Source: Bacteriovoracaceae bacterium
GTDB taxonomy: Bacteria > Bdellovibrionota > Bacteriovoracia > Bacteriovoracales > Bacteriovoracaceae
NCBI GenBank assembly: GCA_048270185.1
Contig: JBLWTJ010000001.1
Coordinates: forward strand, 1,711,754-1,775,753
DNA: 64,000 bases
Reading direction: 5' to 3'
The notes under the pieces: model-generated
The model's database searches: none
Told to the model about the DNA's origin: nothing
The model's input: only the letters and a program-made list of their open reading frames with translations
Shown here: positions 39,228 to 49,740 of the stretch, in pieces
How the letters are laid out: the number at the start of each line of letters is the position of its first letter
Numbering within the stretch: position 1 is the first letter of the stretch
Translations under genes and position numbers: made by a program

Positions 39228-39536
39228 ACAATTCATTTTCTTTGTCACACTTTTTCGACCAATGAGTTTTAACTCACCTTTATTACCTGTTAGTGAGAAT
39301 CGATAAGCAAAGAAACCATCTTCACCAAGTAGTCCGGAATAGTTTGAACCTGTTTTACGAACATCCATATCAAAAGTACTACGTGGTGTTTTAATCTGTC
39401 CACGATCTTCAATTACAAGAAATGAATATCCTTCGCCAGAACAGCTAATTCCCTTGTCTTTTGCCTTGTTTGATTTAGCAAAAACCTGAGAACTTAAAAC
39501 TAAAATCAAAATTGTATAGAATATATTTTTCATCAT
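39213..39536 (-). CDS. Hypothetical secreted protein
   Basis: Signal peptide ending VFA; two Cys. Confidence 0.65.
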   Translation of the reverse strand: MMKNIFYTILILVLSSQVFAKSNKAKDKGISCSGEGYSFLVIEDRGQIKTPRSTFDMDVRKTGSNYSGLLGEDGFFAYRFSLTGNKGELKLIGRKSVTKKMNCLILK

Positions 39537-39560
39537 TAAATACCTTTTATCGTTCCTATA

Positions 39561-41000
39561 TTAAATTGCGATATAGAATTTTCCGTCTTTAAAACTTACA
39601 ACACTACCGACCATTGCTTTTTGTATAATCTTTTCGATCAGCCAAATCCACTTTACCTTTATAAAACCAAATGGAACAACAACATCTTTTACATCCAAGA
39701 TGATCTCAGATGTTTCCTCAGAAAATGACACTTTAGCTGTCATATCAATATCGAAATTTTTCTTAATAAGAATATTCTTATAGGCGTGAGCCTTAATTTT
39801 AGCAGTTCCATTCTTAATACTAATTTTTATATCTGATAAATCAGATTTATCAAGTGAGATATCCTTTAAAGGTCTATATTCATCTAACTCAATATTCGAA
39901 TAGCGATCTGAAATTTGTGCTGCTTTTTTCTTTCGTCCTCTTCGGTCAAACTTGGCCGGTTTTCCCTCTTCAAATGTCTTAAGCTTTGAAATCGTCATCT
40001 CACCCGACTTAATACATTCTTTAACAACTGAAGGAATATCTAATAGGTCCGATTGATATTCTTTCTGACAATTAATGATCATATCCTTCACTGTCACAGA
40101 CTTATACATGTCGATAAACTGAAAAACTTCAGAATCAAAATTTAAAATTTCATTACGAACGTTTAATGTCTTAATATCAAAGTAAAACTTCGTTTTATCA
40201 GTATTATTTGTTACAAGAATTTTTGGTACATTTAGCTCAACAGTATTTTCACAACGTCCCATCATCTTTTCAGAATCAAGTTCATGTTGATCACTATCTT
40301 TTTCACACTTAAGAGTAGCGGACTTTGCCTCAACATCATATTGATTATAATCCATAACAGTAATAGGAGAAGTTAGTTCCAGATATTGGCTACCTTGAAG
40401 GTTTAGCTTTCCAATATTCCCACTCATTGTAAGAATGGAGTTATCTCCTAGGTCCTTCTTAAAGACATACTCTACAGGTGCATCATAAGATTTAGGTGCA
40501 ACATTAAGCTCAGTCATACAACCCTTAATAATTCCATCACCTGAGGCCATGTCATATTCAGGATCATTGGCAGTACAGAATAGGAAGAAGTTATTTGCAT
40601 GGAGAACAACTCCATCTTGATCGTATTCAAAGTGACCGCCACTTAAGTTAAAATACGTTGGTGTGATTGCTGAATCAGCATTTTCAAGCTTTAAAACATT
40701 TAACGTATCTAAGAATCCATTGCCCGTCATATCAAACTGAGCAGAAATCAAACCATTATCTATTTTAAGCAAGCTATTTGAATAGTAGATTTCAGCTTGT
40801 GCCTTATCCTTATTATTATTACCAAGATTAAAAGACATTACGTCCTTAGATAGAATTGCACTCTCATAAGTCAAAGCACCAAGTCGGCCATGCTCATTGA
40901 GATTTTTTCTTGATAGGTCCAGACTATGAACCTTGGCTTCAATGAAGCTATTGGCCATGGCCATAAATGGAAATAGTGATAGTAGGAATAATTTCTTCAT
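39561..41000 (-). CDS. Hypothetical secreted protein with paired cysteines
   Basis: Signal peptide ending AMA; beta-rich composition; no recognised family. Confidence 0.7.
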   Translation of the reverse strand: MKKLFLLSLFPFMAMANSFIEAKVHSLDLSRKNLNEHGRLGALTYESAILSKDVMSFNLGNNNKDKAQAEIYYSNSLLKIDNGLISAQFDMTGNGFLDTLNVLKLENADSAITPTYFNLSGGHFEYDQDGVVLHANNFFLFCTANDPEYDMASGDGIIKGCMTELNVAPKSYDAPVEYVFKKDLGDNSILTMSGNIGKLNLQGSQYLELTSPITVMDYNQYDVEAKSATLKCEKDSDQHELDSEKMMGRCENTVELNVPKILVTNNTDKTKFYFDIKTLNVRNEILNFDSEVFQFIDMYKSVTVKDMIINCQKEYQSDLLDIPSVVKECIKSGEMTISKLKTFEEGKPAKFDRRGRKKKAAQISDRYSNIELDEYRPLKDISLDKSDLSDIKISIKNGTAKIKAHAYKNILIKKNFDIDMTAKVSFSEETSEIILDVKDVVVPFGFIKVKWIWLIEKIIQKAMVGSVVSFKDGKFYIAI

Positions 41001-41099
41001 ATCAATAAATATAGAAGAAATCAGTTATTTGGGGGGTGTATTTGAAAAAATACCCTACCCTGTTCACTTTATGAACAAGGCCATAAGTATCTAAAATAA

Positions 41100-41723
41100 C
41101 TAAAGAATTCCCGCCCCTTGGCGGATTATATCTGCTTCACCACTAGTAAAATCAACAATAGTCGAGGCACCGACAAACTCATGCTCACCAGGATCGATAA
41201 TCATTGAAAGTACACTACCAAGCTCTTCTTCAATCATATATGAATAGACTTCATCAGGAGAAGATACCTTTGCAGTGAATTTTTCAACATCGATATTACT
41301 TGAGAGAACAGGCTGACCATGAACTTCTAGTAGGCGTTTAACCAGGGTTGAAGGGACAAAGCGGATTCCAACTTCATGATCAGTCTTATTAGCGGCAACG
41401 GCCTTGGTAATCTTCTTGCTAGCATTAAAGATAAATGTGAAGTGACCTGGAATGATTCTTTTAATATAGCGAAAAACACCGTCATCGATACTGGCCACTT
41501 CTGAGGCCATTGAAATCGAATCGCAAAGTAGTGAGAATGCTTTTAACTTCGGCGCATCTTTATACTTATAAATCTTTTCCACACCTTTTTTACTAAACGG
41601 AGATGCTAGAACAACCCAATTAGTATCAGTTGGAAGACACACAAGCTCTCCATTATTGAGAGCTTGTGATACTTTATTTAAGACTCGATCGTCTGGGTTT
41701 TCTGCAATGATATACTCAATCAA
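41100..41723 (-). CDS. SUA5/YciO/YrdC family (threonylcarbamoyl-AMP synthase-like) protein
   Basis: LPTDT, PGHFTFI, VGIR, LSSN, STIVDF..IIRQGAG. Confidence 0.85.
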   Translation of the reverse strand: MIEYIIAENPDDRVLNKVSQALNNGELVCLPTDTNWVVLASPFSKKGVEKIYKYKDAPKLKAFSLLCDSISMASEVASIDDGVFRYIKRIIPGHFTFIFNASKKITKAVAANKTDHEVGIRFVPSTLVKRLLEVHGQPVLSSNIDVEKFTAKVSSPDEVYSYMIEEELGSVLSMIIDPGEHEFVGASTIVDFTSGEADIIRQGAGIL

Positions 41724-41725
41724 AA

Positions 41726-42667
41726 CTACCTCAAGTATTTTAGAAATTCATTATCGTTTGAGATGATGAATTTTGTCTTACCTTTAATCGAAGTCTTGTA
41801 TGCTTCAAGAGATCGAACGAACTCAAAGAAATTAGGGTCTTGTGAATATGTCTTCGCATAAACTGCTGAAGCCTTCGCCTCTGCACGACCTTTAATTAAT
41901 TGAGACTTACGATATCCTTCTGATTGGATCGTTTGAAGATCTTTAACAAGACGACCTTCAATTTTTGCCTTCTCACCTTCACCAATCGAGCGAATTTTTT
42001 GAGCGATTCTCTGTCTTTCAGAAATCATACGCTCATAAACCTTCTTCTCAACTGACTTCTCATAAGAGATACGACGAAGTTGTACATCAATTAATTTAAT
42101 TCCAAATTGCTCTAATTCACTATCGGCTTTTTCTACGATGAGTTGAGATAACTTTTCACGGCCAACATCAACGTTTTCTATATCCCCAGTTATTTCTTCT
42201 TCAATTTGGTTAACATTAACTTTAGAGTTCTCGATTCTTTCAATTATTGAATTTGAATTTCTTACGGCTTCAACTAAAGCGTGGGAAGAGATTACATTAC
42301 GGGTAGCAGAGTCTAGAATTGTATCAATTCTTCCCTTAGCACCTTCTGTGTTTCGAACCGTTTGTATGAACTTTAGAGCGTCAACAACGCGAAACCTTGC
42401 CGTTGTATCAACTTTAATAAATTTCTTATCCTTTGTTGGAATCTGATTAGGTGATCCATCCCAACTTAAGATACGTTTATCAACAAAGCGTACATCTTGA
42501 ACAAATGGCTTCTTAAAATGAAGACCTGCATTTGTGATAGGCTTTCCAACAGGTTTACCAAACTCAGTGATAATCGCCTGACGTCCTTCACTGACAATGA
42601 ATACAGATTGCTTTCCAAGAATGACCGCAACAAAGATAATAACTATTAATGGAACTAACTTATTCAT
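41726..42667 (-). CDS. hflC: FtsH modulator HflC
   Basis: SPFH domain, GLHFKKPF, VYERMISERQRIA..RS.G, FFEFVRSLEAY. Confidence 0.93.
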   Translation of the reverse strand: MNKLVPLIVIIFVAVILGKQSVFIVSEGRQAIITEFGKPVGKPITNAGLHFKKPFVQDVRFVDKRILSWDGSPNQIPTKDKKFIKVDTTARFRVVDALKFIQTVRNTEGAKGRIDTILDSATRNVISSHALVEAVRNSNSIIERIENSKVNVNQIEEEITGDIENVDVGREKLSQLIVEKADSELEQFGIKLIDVQLRRISYEKSVEKKVYERMISERQRIAQKIRSIGEGEKAKIEGRLVKDLQTIQSEGYRKSQLIKGRAEAKASAVYAKTYSQDPNFFEFVRSLEAYKTSIKGKTKFIISNDNEFLKYLR

Positions 42668-43656
42668 TTCTTCGCTCCTTGATCAAAAACAGGCAGTAGC
42701 CCTTTAACCTTTGGATCAATAATCGTTAGATTATTATATTTCTTATACAGTCCTTCCATTGCTTCAATATAGAGTCTCTTTCTTGTAATTTTTGGAGCTC
42801 TCTTATATTCACGAAGAACTTCTTTGAACTTAGCAACATCACCTTCGGCACGGTTTACAAGAGCTGCTGCATAACCTTCGGCTTCAGACACCATTTTATC
42901 GGCCTTACCACGAGCTTCTGGTATAACTTTGTTATAAGCGCCCTCTGCTTCGTTAATGGCCTTCTCTTGTTCTTGCTTAGCTTCGTTTACTTCATTGAAA
43001 GATGCCTTAACAACTTGTGGAGGGTTAACGTCTTGAAGTTTTACCGAGATAATATTAACTCCCATATCATACTTATCAACAACTTCTTGCATAAGAACTT
43101 TAGCATCAGATTCAATTTCAACCTTACCAACAGTTAAAACATCTGTTACAGAACGATCTCCAACTACACGTCTCATAATTGATTCAGAGATGTCGCGAAT
43201 ATTTCTAATTGGCTCACTCGTTTGAAAGATGAATTTAAATGGATCTCGAACTTGATACTGAACGGCCCATTCAACAGAGGCAACATTAAGGTCACCAGTA
43301 AGCATTAATGATTCATCATCAAAATTTGCATTTGAGTAAGTCGATCTTCTCGATCTCGTACTCTTCGTACGAAATCCAAACTCTTCTTGAAGAACAGTTT
43401 TTACTTTTACCTTAATGACATTATCGACTCCAAAAGGAATCTTAAAGTGGAGACCAGGAGTATTTGTATTTACATACTTACCTAGTCTAATTACAACGGC
43501 CTCTTCATCAGGCTCAACTGTGTAAAATGAAGTGTATCCGAAAACAATTAAAACAACGAAAATAAAAAAAGGCCCAAGTAACTTGAGCCCCTTATCTAAA
43601 TCTTGTTTCATTTTTTCGAAGTCATTTCTGGGTGCTTGTCCATTATTATAAGACAT
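42664..43656 (-). CDS. hflK: FtsH modulator HflK
   Basis: MLTGDLN, LQDVNPP, ITRKRLYIE. Confidence 0.93.
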   Translation of the reverse strand: MSYNNGQAPRNDFEKMKQDLDKGLKLLGPFFIFVVLIVFGYTSFYTVEPDEEAVVIRLGKYVNTNTPGLHFKIPFGVDNVIKVKVKTVLQEEFGFRTKSTRSRRSTYSNANFDDESLMLTGDLNVASVEWAVQYQVRDPFKFIFQTSEPIRNIRDISESIMRRVVGDRSVTDVLTVGKVEIESDAKVLMQEVVDKYDMGVNIISVKLQDVNPPQVVKASFNEVNEAKQEQEKAINEAEGAYNKVIPEARGKADKMVSEAEGYAAALVNRAEGDVAKFKEVLREYKRAPKITRKRLYIEAMEGLYKKYNNLTIIDPKVKGLLPVFDQGAKK

Positions 43657-43680
43657 GTACTCTCCTTGGCATTACGCCTA

Positions 43681-44187
43681 TTATGCTTCTACTTCTAACA
43701 TGAGGACATTTTCTTCTAAGGCGTCCCCTTCCTTTACGTGAATTGCTTTAACAACACCATCGATTCCACTCTTAATCTCGTTTTCCATTTTCATGGCCTC
43801 AAGAATAATTAGAGTTTCACCTTTCTTAACTGTTTGTCCTTCTTCAACATTGATCTTAACAATCTTTCCTGGCATCTTTGTAAGAAGTTCACCAGCATCA
43901 GCACCACCAAGACCAGATGGCTTATAACCTCTAAAGATTGAGTAAACCTTGTCGACGTTTACAATACGAGATGGAAGATCTTGACGTGGGATTTTCTTCC
44001 AACTTGTTTTATTAGTTGAAATAAAATACTGACCACAGATCTTTTTAAGCCACATTGTTTCGTGAAGTTTTCTTTCACCTTCAACAAGAGTTGAAAAATC
44101 AAATTCAACCAAGTTGTACTCGTGAACTTTTGTTCTCGTTAAATCAACGATGATTTCTTCATTATCATTAATTAAATATGTTCTCAT
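43681..44187 (-). CDS. Biotin carboxyl carrier subunit
   Basis: MPGKIV...EAMKMENE biotinyl domain. Confidence 0.9.
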   Translation of the reverse strand: MRTYLINDNEEIIVDLTRTKVHEYNLVEFDFSTLVEGERKLHETMWLKKICGQYFISTNKTSWKKIPRQDLPSRIVNVDKVYSIFRGYKPSGLGGADAGELLTKMPGKIVKINVEEGQTVKKGETLIILEAMKMENEIKSGIDGVVKAIHVKEGDALEENVLMLEVEA

Positions 44188-44188
44188 A

Positions 44189-45640
44189 TTAAATACCCAT
44201 CCTACGTGCTTCAGAACCAGCTAAGATTGTATAAACCTTCATATGGTCTAGGTCAGTTTTCACGCTATCTTGAGGTGCAATCTCTTTAATGTAGGCAGTT
44301 GAGTACTTACCTTCAGTAAATGTTTGCTCTTTCATAATCTCTTTTAGTAGAGGTAGGTTTGTTTTAAGACCTTCAATGAAAAGACCATCAAGTGCTGCTC
44401 TCATTTTTCTAACTGCAACGTCTCTTACAATACCCTTACATACTAACTTACCAACCATTGGATCGAAGTCAGGTGTTACTTCTAGGCCCTTATATAAGCA
44501 GTGATCAAAACGTGTTCCTTGTGGGAAGTTCGTTTCAAAACCAGTTACAAGTCCTGGAGCTGGAAGCATTGTTTTAGGGTCTTCAGCACAGATACGACAT
44601 TCAATGGCGTGACCTGATCTTCTAATAAATTCTTGAGAAGGAATTCCTAACTCATCACCAAAAGCAGCTTGAATCATACAAACAATTAAGTCCATTCCTG
44701 TAATTTCTTCTGTAATTGGGTGTTCGACCTGAATACGAGTGTTCATTTCTAGGAAGTAAAATTGCTTATCTTCACCCATGATAAATTCAACAGTACCTGC
44801 TGAATCATAATCAACGGCTTTAGATAATTTCACAGCAGTTTCACAAACTCTTTGACGAAGTTCTTCATCCGAACCAATGAATGGCGATGGAGCTTCTTCT
44901 ATAATCTTTTGGTGTCTTCTTTGAACAGAACATTCTCTTTCAAAAAAGTGGAAAGTATTACCTTTCTTGTCTGCTAGAATTTGAACTTCAATATGTCTCG
45001 GATTAACAATAAGTTTCTCAACCAGTAGGTCACCATTATTGAATGCTGCCATTGACTCACGTCCAACGGCTTCAAATTGATCGCGAACTTCTTGCTCATT
45101 TTCACAAGCACGCATACCACGACCACCACCGCCGGCAACTGCCTTTAGTAGAACAGGGTAACCAATTTTATTTGCAATCTCAACTGCTTCAGCAACTGTA
45201 GGTACCGCATGATCTGTTCCAGGAACAGTTGGGACACCTGCATCGTTAGCAAGCTTCTTTGAAGTTGCCTTATCGCCCATTACCTTGATTGCTTCAACGT
45301 GTGGACCAATGAATACGATTCCAGCATCTGCAAGAGCGTTAGCAAATGTAGCGTTCTCAGAAAGGAAACCATAACCAGGGTGAACACCATCAGCTTTTAC
45401 TTCTTTTGCAAGAGCAACAAGTTTTTCAACGTTTAGGTATGTTTCTGCGTTTGTTGAACCTTTTAGGTAAATCCACTCATCACAAAATTGAAGGTGAGTT
45501 CCCTGTGGCTCGTTATCAGTATAGATACCAATTGCAGTATGCCCAAGCTCACGACAAGCTTTAGCAACACGTGAAGCAATCTCCCCACGGTTAGCAATCA
45601 GTACTCTTCTATGCATGTTCTGTGGTTGTCTAATCATCAT
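44189..45640 (-). CDS. Biotin carboxylase subunit of an acyl-CoA (probably propionyl-CoA) carboxylase
   Basis: ANRGEIA, HPGYGFLSEN, GGGGRGM, RECSVQRRHQK, EMNTRIQVEH. Confidence 0.93.
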   Translation of the reverse strand: MMIRQPQNMHRRVLIANRGEIASRVAKACRELGHTAIGIYTDNEPQGTHLQFCDEWIYLKGSTNAETYLNVEKLVALAKEVKADGVHPGYGFLSENATFANALADAGIVFIGPHVEAIKVMGDKATSKKLANDAGVPTVPGTDHAVPTVAEAVEIANKIGYPVLLKAVAGGGGRGMRACENEQEVRDQFEAVGRESMAAFNNGDLLVEKLIVNPRHIEVQILADKKGNTFHFFERECSVQRRHQKIIEEAPSPFIGSDEELRQRVCETAVKLSKAVDYDSAGTVEFIMGEDKQFYFLEMNTRIQVEHPITEEITGMDLIVCMIQAAFGDELGIPSQEFIRRSGHAIECRICAEDPKTMLPAPGLVTGFETNFPQGTRFDHCLYKGLEVTPDFDPMVGKLVCKGIVRDVAVRKMRAALDGLFIEGLKTNLPLLKEIMKEQTFTEGKYSTAYIKEIAPQDSVKTDLDHMKVYTILAGSEARRMGI

Positions 45641-47226
45641 AACTGAATATTCCCGTGTTTACGTTTTGGACGATCAACGTTCTTATCTTTAAGTACTTTT
45701 AGATATTCATATAGACGCTTTCTTGTTTCTTCAGGAAGAATTACAGCATCAATATAACCTCTTTCAGCAGCAACATATGGGTTAGCAAAGTTATTTTCAT
45801 AATTTGCAACTAGCTCTGCTTTCTTCTTATCGTATTCAGCACCCTCTAGTCCCTTCAGTTCATTTCTGAAAACGATATTAACCGCACCTTCGGCACCCAT
45901 AACTGCAATCTCACCAGTTGGGTAAGCAAGGTTAACATCAGCTCTAATATGCTTAGATGCCATAACGTCGTATGCACCACCGTATGATTTTCTTGTAATT
46001 AGAGTAATTAATGGAACAGTTGCTTCTGCGTATGCGTAAAGTAGTTTTGATCCATGCTTAATGATCCCACCGTACTCTTGAACTGTACCAGGTAAGAAAC
46101 CAGGAACATCAACAAGTGAAATGATTGGAATATCAAATGAATCACAGAATCTAATAAAGCGTGCAGCCTTACAAGAAGAATCAATATCAAGAACACCAGC
46201 TAATACTTCTGGTTGGTTCGCTACGATACCAATTTTAATTCCACCAATTGATGCAAATCCAACGATAATATTTCTAGCGTAGTCTTTATGCACTTCTAGG
46301 AAGTGGCCATCATCAACGATATCAAGAATTACTTCTTTCATATCATATGGCTTCTTAGGATTACCTGGAACAACTTCTTTTAACTTCTTATTATCTCTGT
46401 AAACAGGATCTGACGTATATTTTGCTTCCTGTTTTCTAAAGTTTGAAGCAGGAAGATAGCTCAATAACTCTCTTACTCTTTCAAATGTTTCATCTTCGTC
46501 TTTACATTTAAACTGACATACACCAGATTTCTCAGAGTGAGCAGCTGCTCCACCTAGATCTTCTTTTGTTACTTCTTCGTGAGTTACAGTCTTGATAACA
46601 TCTGGACCAGTAACAAACATGTATGATGATTTATCTACCATAAAGATAAAGTCAGTTACTGCTGGAGAATAAACAGCTCCACCAGCTGATGGTCCCATGA
46701 TTAATGAAATCTGAGGAATAACACCTGAAGCTTTAACGTTTCTATAGAAGATTTCAGCGTATCCACCAAGGGCATCAACACCTTCTTGAATACGTGCTCC
46801 ACCTGAGTCTTGAATACCAATAACTGGAATTCTATTATCAAGTGCAAAGTCCATAATCTTACAAATTTTTCTAGCGTGAGCTTCACCAAGAGCTCCACCC
46901 CAGCAAGTAAAATCCTGAGAGTAGACTGCAATTTTTTGTCCGTTAATTTCTGCAATACCTGTAACAACACCATCACCATAGAACTTCTTAATTTCCATTC
47001 CAAAGTTAACACAACGGTGAGTAACAAATTTATCAAATTCGATAAATGTACCTGGATCAATTAATCTTTCGATTCTTTCTCTCGCAGTATACTTTCCTTG
47101 ATCGTGTTGTTTTGCGATTCTCGCTTCTCCACCACCAAGCTCTGCTTCAGCTCTTCTTTCTAGTAATAGAGCTCTTTTTTGCTCTAATATATTTTCACTG
47201 GTTGTTGACATACATCCCTCCACCAA
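45637..47226 (-). CDS. pccB: Acyl-CoA carboxylase beta subunit (propionyl-CoA carboxylase)
   Basis: GGARIQEG, GGAVYSPA, DVPGFLPG..QE..GII.HG, KHGNI. Confidence 0.9.
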   Translation of the reverse strand: MVEGCMSTTSENILEQKRALLLERRAEAELGGGEARIAKQHDQGKYTARERIERLIDPGTFIEFDKFVTHRCVNFGMEIKKFYGDGVVTGIAEINGQKIAVYSQDFTCWGGALGEAHARKICKIMDFALDNRIPVIGIQDSGGARIQEGVDALGGYAEIFYRNVKASGVIPQISLIMGPSAGGAVYSPAVTDFIFMVDKSSYMFVTGPDVIKTVTHEEVTKEDLGGAAAHSEKSGVCQFKCKDEDETFERVRELLSYLPASNFRKQEAKYTSDPVYRDNKKLKEVVPGNPKKPYDMKEVILDIVDDGHFLEVHKDYARNIIVGFASIGGIKIGIVANQPEVLAGVLDIDSSCKAARFIRFCDSFDIPIISLVDVPGFLPGTVQEYGGIIKHGSKLLYAYAEATVPLITLITRKSYGGAYDVMASKHIRADVNLAYPTGEIAVMGAEGAVNIVFRNELKGLEGAEYDKKKAELVANYENNFANPYVAAERGYIDAVILPEETRKRLYEYLKVLKDKNVDRPKRKHGNIQL

Positions 47227-47345
47227 GTTCTTAAAACTGTATGTAATTAATTATGCGAGAATACTACACCTTTAAAGGTGCATTTGCCCAACCACATTGC
47301 GTTAATAAAAGAGTATTAAGTTACTGAAATTATAGGAATATAAAT

Positions 47346-47367
47346 AAAAAGGCCCTCGTAGAGGGCC
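47346..47367 (-). terminator. Intrinsic terminator after the sigma54 activator
   Basis: GGCCCTC-N3-GAGGGCC plus U tract on the minus strand. Confidence 0.7.
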
Positions 47368-47392
47368 CAAAAGTGTCTATCTTAGTTTTTGA

Positions 47393-48976
47393 CTATTCAT
47401 TAGCTGCTTTTGCACGTTTATCAAGGCCGTACTTATCGACCTTCATGATAAGACTAGCGCGTGACATTCCTAGCTCTTTAGCTAGTTTTGACTTATTGAA
47501 GTTACATCTCTTAAGTCCTTCGCGAATCATTATAATTTCGAGTTCCATAAGAGCGTCTTTAAGTTTACCTGCAGTATTTACTCCACGAGTAGTCTCAACT
47601 GGAGCTGCTCCATGATCGAGAACCTGTGGGCTTAAATTGTCTGGTGTAATCGATTTTTCATCTCCAGCAAGAACAACTAATCTTTCAACTTCGTTTTCTA
47701 GCTGACGGACGTTACCTGGCCATGGATAATCAAGCATCTTCTCCATACATTTTTTAGAGAATGACTTCATTGGCATTCCAGACTCGTCACACTTCTTCTT
47801 AAGGAAATGCTCCATTAGAACAGGAATATCTTCTTTCCTATCTCTTAGAGGAGGAAGATTTACGTTAAGAACGTTAATTCTATAGTAAAGGTCTTCTCTG
47901 AATTCACCTTTGGCCATCATTGTTTTCAAGTCTTTATTTGTCGCTGCAATTATTCTTACATCAGTTCTTCTTGGAGCATCTGCACCAACAGGAAGATATG
48001 TACCTTCTTGAAGAACACGTAGAAGTTTTACCTGCATTGAAAGTGAAGTATCCCCGATCTCGTCAAGAAATAATGTTCCACCATTTGCTAGTTCAAATAG
48101 ACCCGACTTCTCTTTATGAGCACCCGTAAATGAACCCTTAACGTGACCAAATAGCTCTGAATCCAATAAGTTCTCGTTAAATGCAGAACAGTTAACAGCT
48201 AGAAATTGTGCATCTTTACGAGGAGAAGCAAAGTGAACTGCTTTAGCAACAAGTTCCTTTCCGGTCCCGTTTTCACCTTGAATAAGAACAGAAGATTCAC
48301 TTGTTGAAATTCTCTCAAGTAGAGAATAAATTTTTTGCATCTGTTTCGATTTACCAATCATATTATGGTAACGAAACTTTTCTCCAAGCTCAGAGTTAAG
48401 CATATGGATTCTTTCTTCACGCTTAGAAATTTCAAAGTGGAATGTTGAGACTTCACCGGCCACTAGTTCAACTAGCTCTTTTAAATATTCGATTTCTCTT
48501 GGAAATAAACGACGTGTTTCATTAACACACTCTTGAGCAGACTCTGGAGACGCACCATGCTCGATTAGTGCAGCAACAAGCTCTTTTTCTTCTTCATCAG
48601 TGAATGTACTTTTTAGAAATGGAAATGCAAAAACAGTACCATGGTACTCACCTTCGATTTCAATCTTTGTCCCCATCATTTTCACACCAGGAAAATAAGA
48701 ATCAAAGACCATAACTGTTTCACCTGTATGGCTTAGCTCTTCACTAAATCTTTCAACATCTGCAGTGATAAAATCATAACCGTGCGGAAGCGACATCTGA
48801 GTCTCGAAGAATAGATTCTTAAAGTTATAATCTTTATCCTTATGAGAACTTCTAATCTTAAAGTGCGTATCAGCGTAAAAAACTTCTACACCGAACCACT
48901 TATGAATTACTTCCTCGAGCTTAGAAATAACATGTAGTCCTTTCAGTTCATTCCAGTTAATCATTACATTCTCCAC
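47393..48976 (-). CDS. Sigma54-dependent enhancer-binding protein with N-terminal sensor (PocR-like) and Fis HTH
   Basis: [33 protein letters not shown]-terminal HTH; no receiver domain. Confidence 0.9.
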   Translation of the reverse strand: MENVMINWNELKGLHVISKLEEVIHKWFGVEVFYADTHFKIRSSHKDKDYNFKNLFFETQMSLPHGYDFITADVERFSEELSHTGETVMVFDSYFPGVKMMGTKIEIEGEYHGTVFAFPFLKSTFTDEEEKELVAALIEHGASPESAQECVNETRRLFPREIEYLKELVELVAGEVSTFHFEISKREERIHMLNSELGEKFRYHNMIGKSKQMQKIYSLLERISTSESSVLIQGENGTGKELVAKAVHFASPRKDAQFLAVNCSAFNENLLDSELFGHVKGSFTGAHKEKSGLFELANGGTLFLDEIGDTSLSMQVKLLRVLQEGTYLPVGADAPRRTDVRIIAATNKDLKTMMAKGEFREDLYYRINVLNVNLPPLRDRKEDIPVLMEHFLKKKCDESGMPMKSFSKKCMEKMLDYPWPGNVRQLENEVERLVVLAGDEKSITPDNLSPQVLDHGAAPVETTRGVNTAGKLKDALMELEIIMIREGLKRCNFNKSKLAKELGMSRASLIMKVDKYGLDKRAKAANE

Positions 48977-49026
48977 TGTTTAATTCTTTGGCAAAAAAAC
49001 ATATACCAAAGCAAAGTCTGTAAAAC

Positions 49027-49053
49027 TTTTCGGCAGAATTTAATAAAACTTAA
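49027..49053 (-). promoter_or_regulatory. Sigma28 (FliA)-type promoter of the sigma54 activator
   Basis: TTAA-N15-GCCGAAAA (TTAAGTTTT...GCCGAAAA) 50 nt upstream of the start. Confidence 0.6.
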
Positions 49054-49099
49054 CTACAAATGATGAATAATTAGACAAATTCTAAGAAATATTATTAAT

Positions 49100-49657
49100 T
49101 TAATTTAAGCCTAAGTACCTAATAACACGAGTGTAAAATGAAGGCATCTTCCAATCCTGAGGCCCTTTGAACATTATCTGGTGTTCAAGTTTAGAATTGA
49201 AGACAAAAGTCTCAGGAACTTTAACAACCCCAAGTTTTCCCATTGAAACACCTGCGAGGTCATGGATAACGATAGAATTTGAAGGTAAATCCTTAAATCT
49301 TTTAAGAAATTTTTTGATTTTCATATCATCATCTTTCACGGCCATGAATACAACTTTGACATTCTTCTCTTCTAGCTTGCGCGTAAATTCGACAAATTCA
49401 GGAAATTCAGCTTCACAAGGAGCACACCAAGTTCCCCAAAAGTGTACGATAAGACCATTTGAGCTCTTAGCTAGCTCTTGAAGTTCAACCTTCGCACCAT
49501 CACTAAAATTCTCTAATTCTACACTTGGAAGTGATTTAAGAATATAGTCACGACTCTCTGATACATAATTATCAATTTTACTTTTATGATAAAGAGAATA
49601 ACCAAGTGTGATTGATAGAATAATAAAAATAATGGAAATTTTAGCTGAAGTATTCAT
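49100..49657 (-). CDS. TlpA/ResA-family thiol-disulfide oxidoreductase
   Basis: N-terminal anchor, FWGTWCAPC, VPETF. Confidence 0.9.
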   Translation of the reverse strand: MNTSAKISIIFIILSITLGYSLYHKSKIDNYVSESRDYILKSLPSVELENFSDGAKVELQELAKSSNGLIVHFWGTWCAPCEAEFPEFVEFTRKLEEKNVKVVFMAVKDDDMKIKKFLKRFKDLPSNSIVIHDLAGVSMGKLGVVKVPETFVFNSKLEHQIMFKGPQDWKMPSFYTRVIRYLGLN

Positions 49658-49679
49658 AGTTTAAAAAGATAATTGAAAT

Positions 49680-49712
49680 AAAAAAACCCATCATACGCAA
49701 ATATGATGGGTT
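49680..49712 (-). terminator. Terminator of the alpha operon
   Basis: AACCCATCATA-N6-TATGATGGGTT plus U tract. Confidence 0.8.
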
Positions 49713-49740
49713 AATATTAGTTTGCTTTTAATGATTAAAA

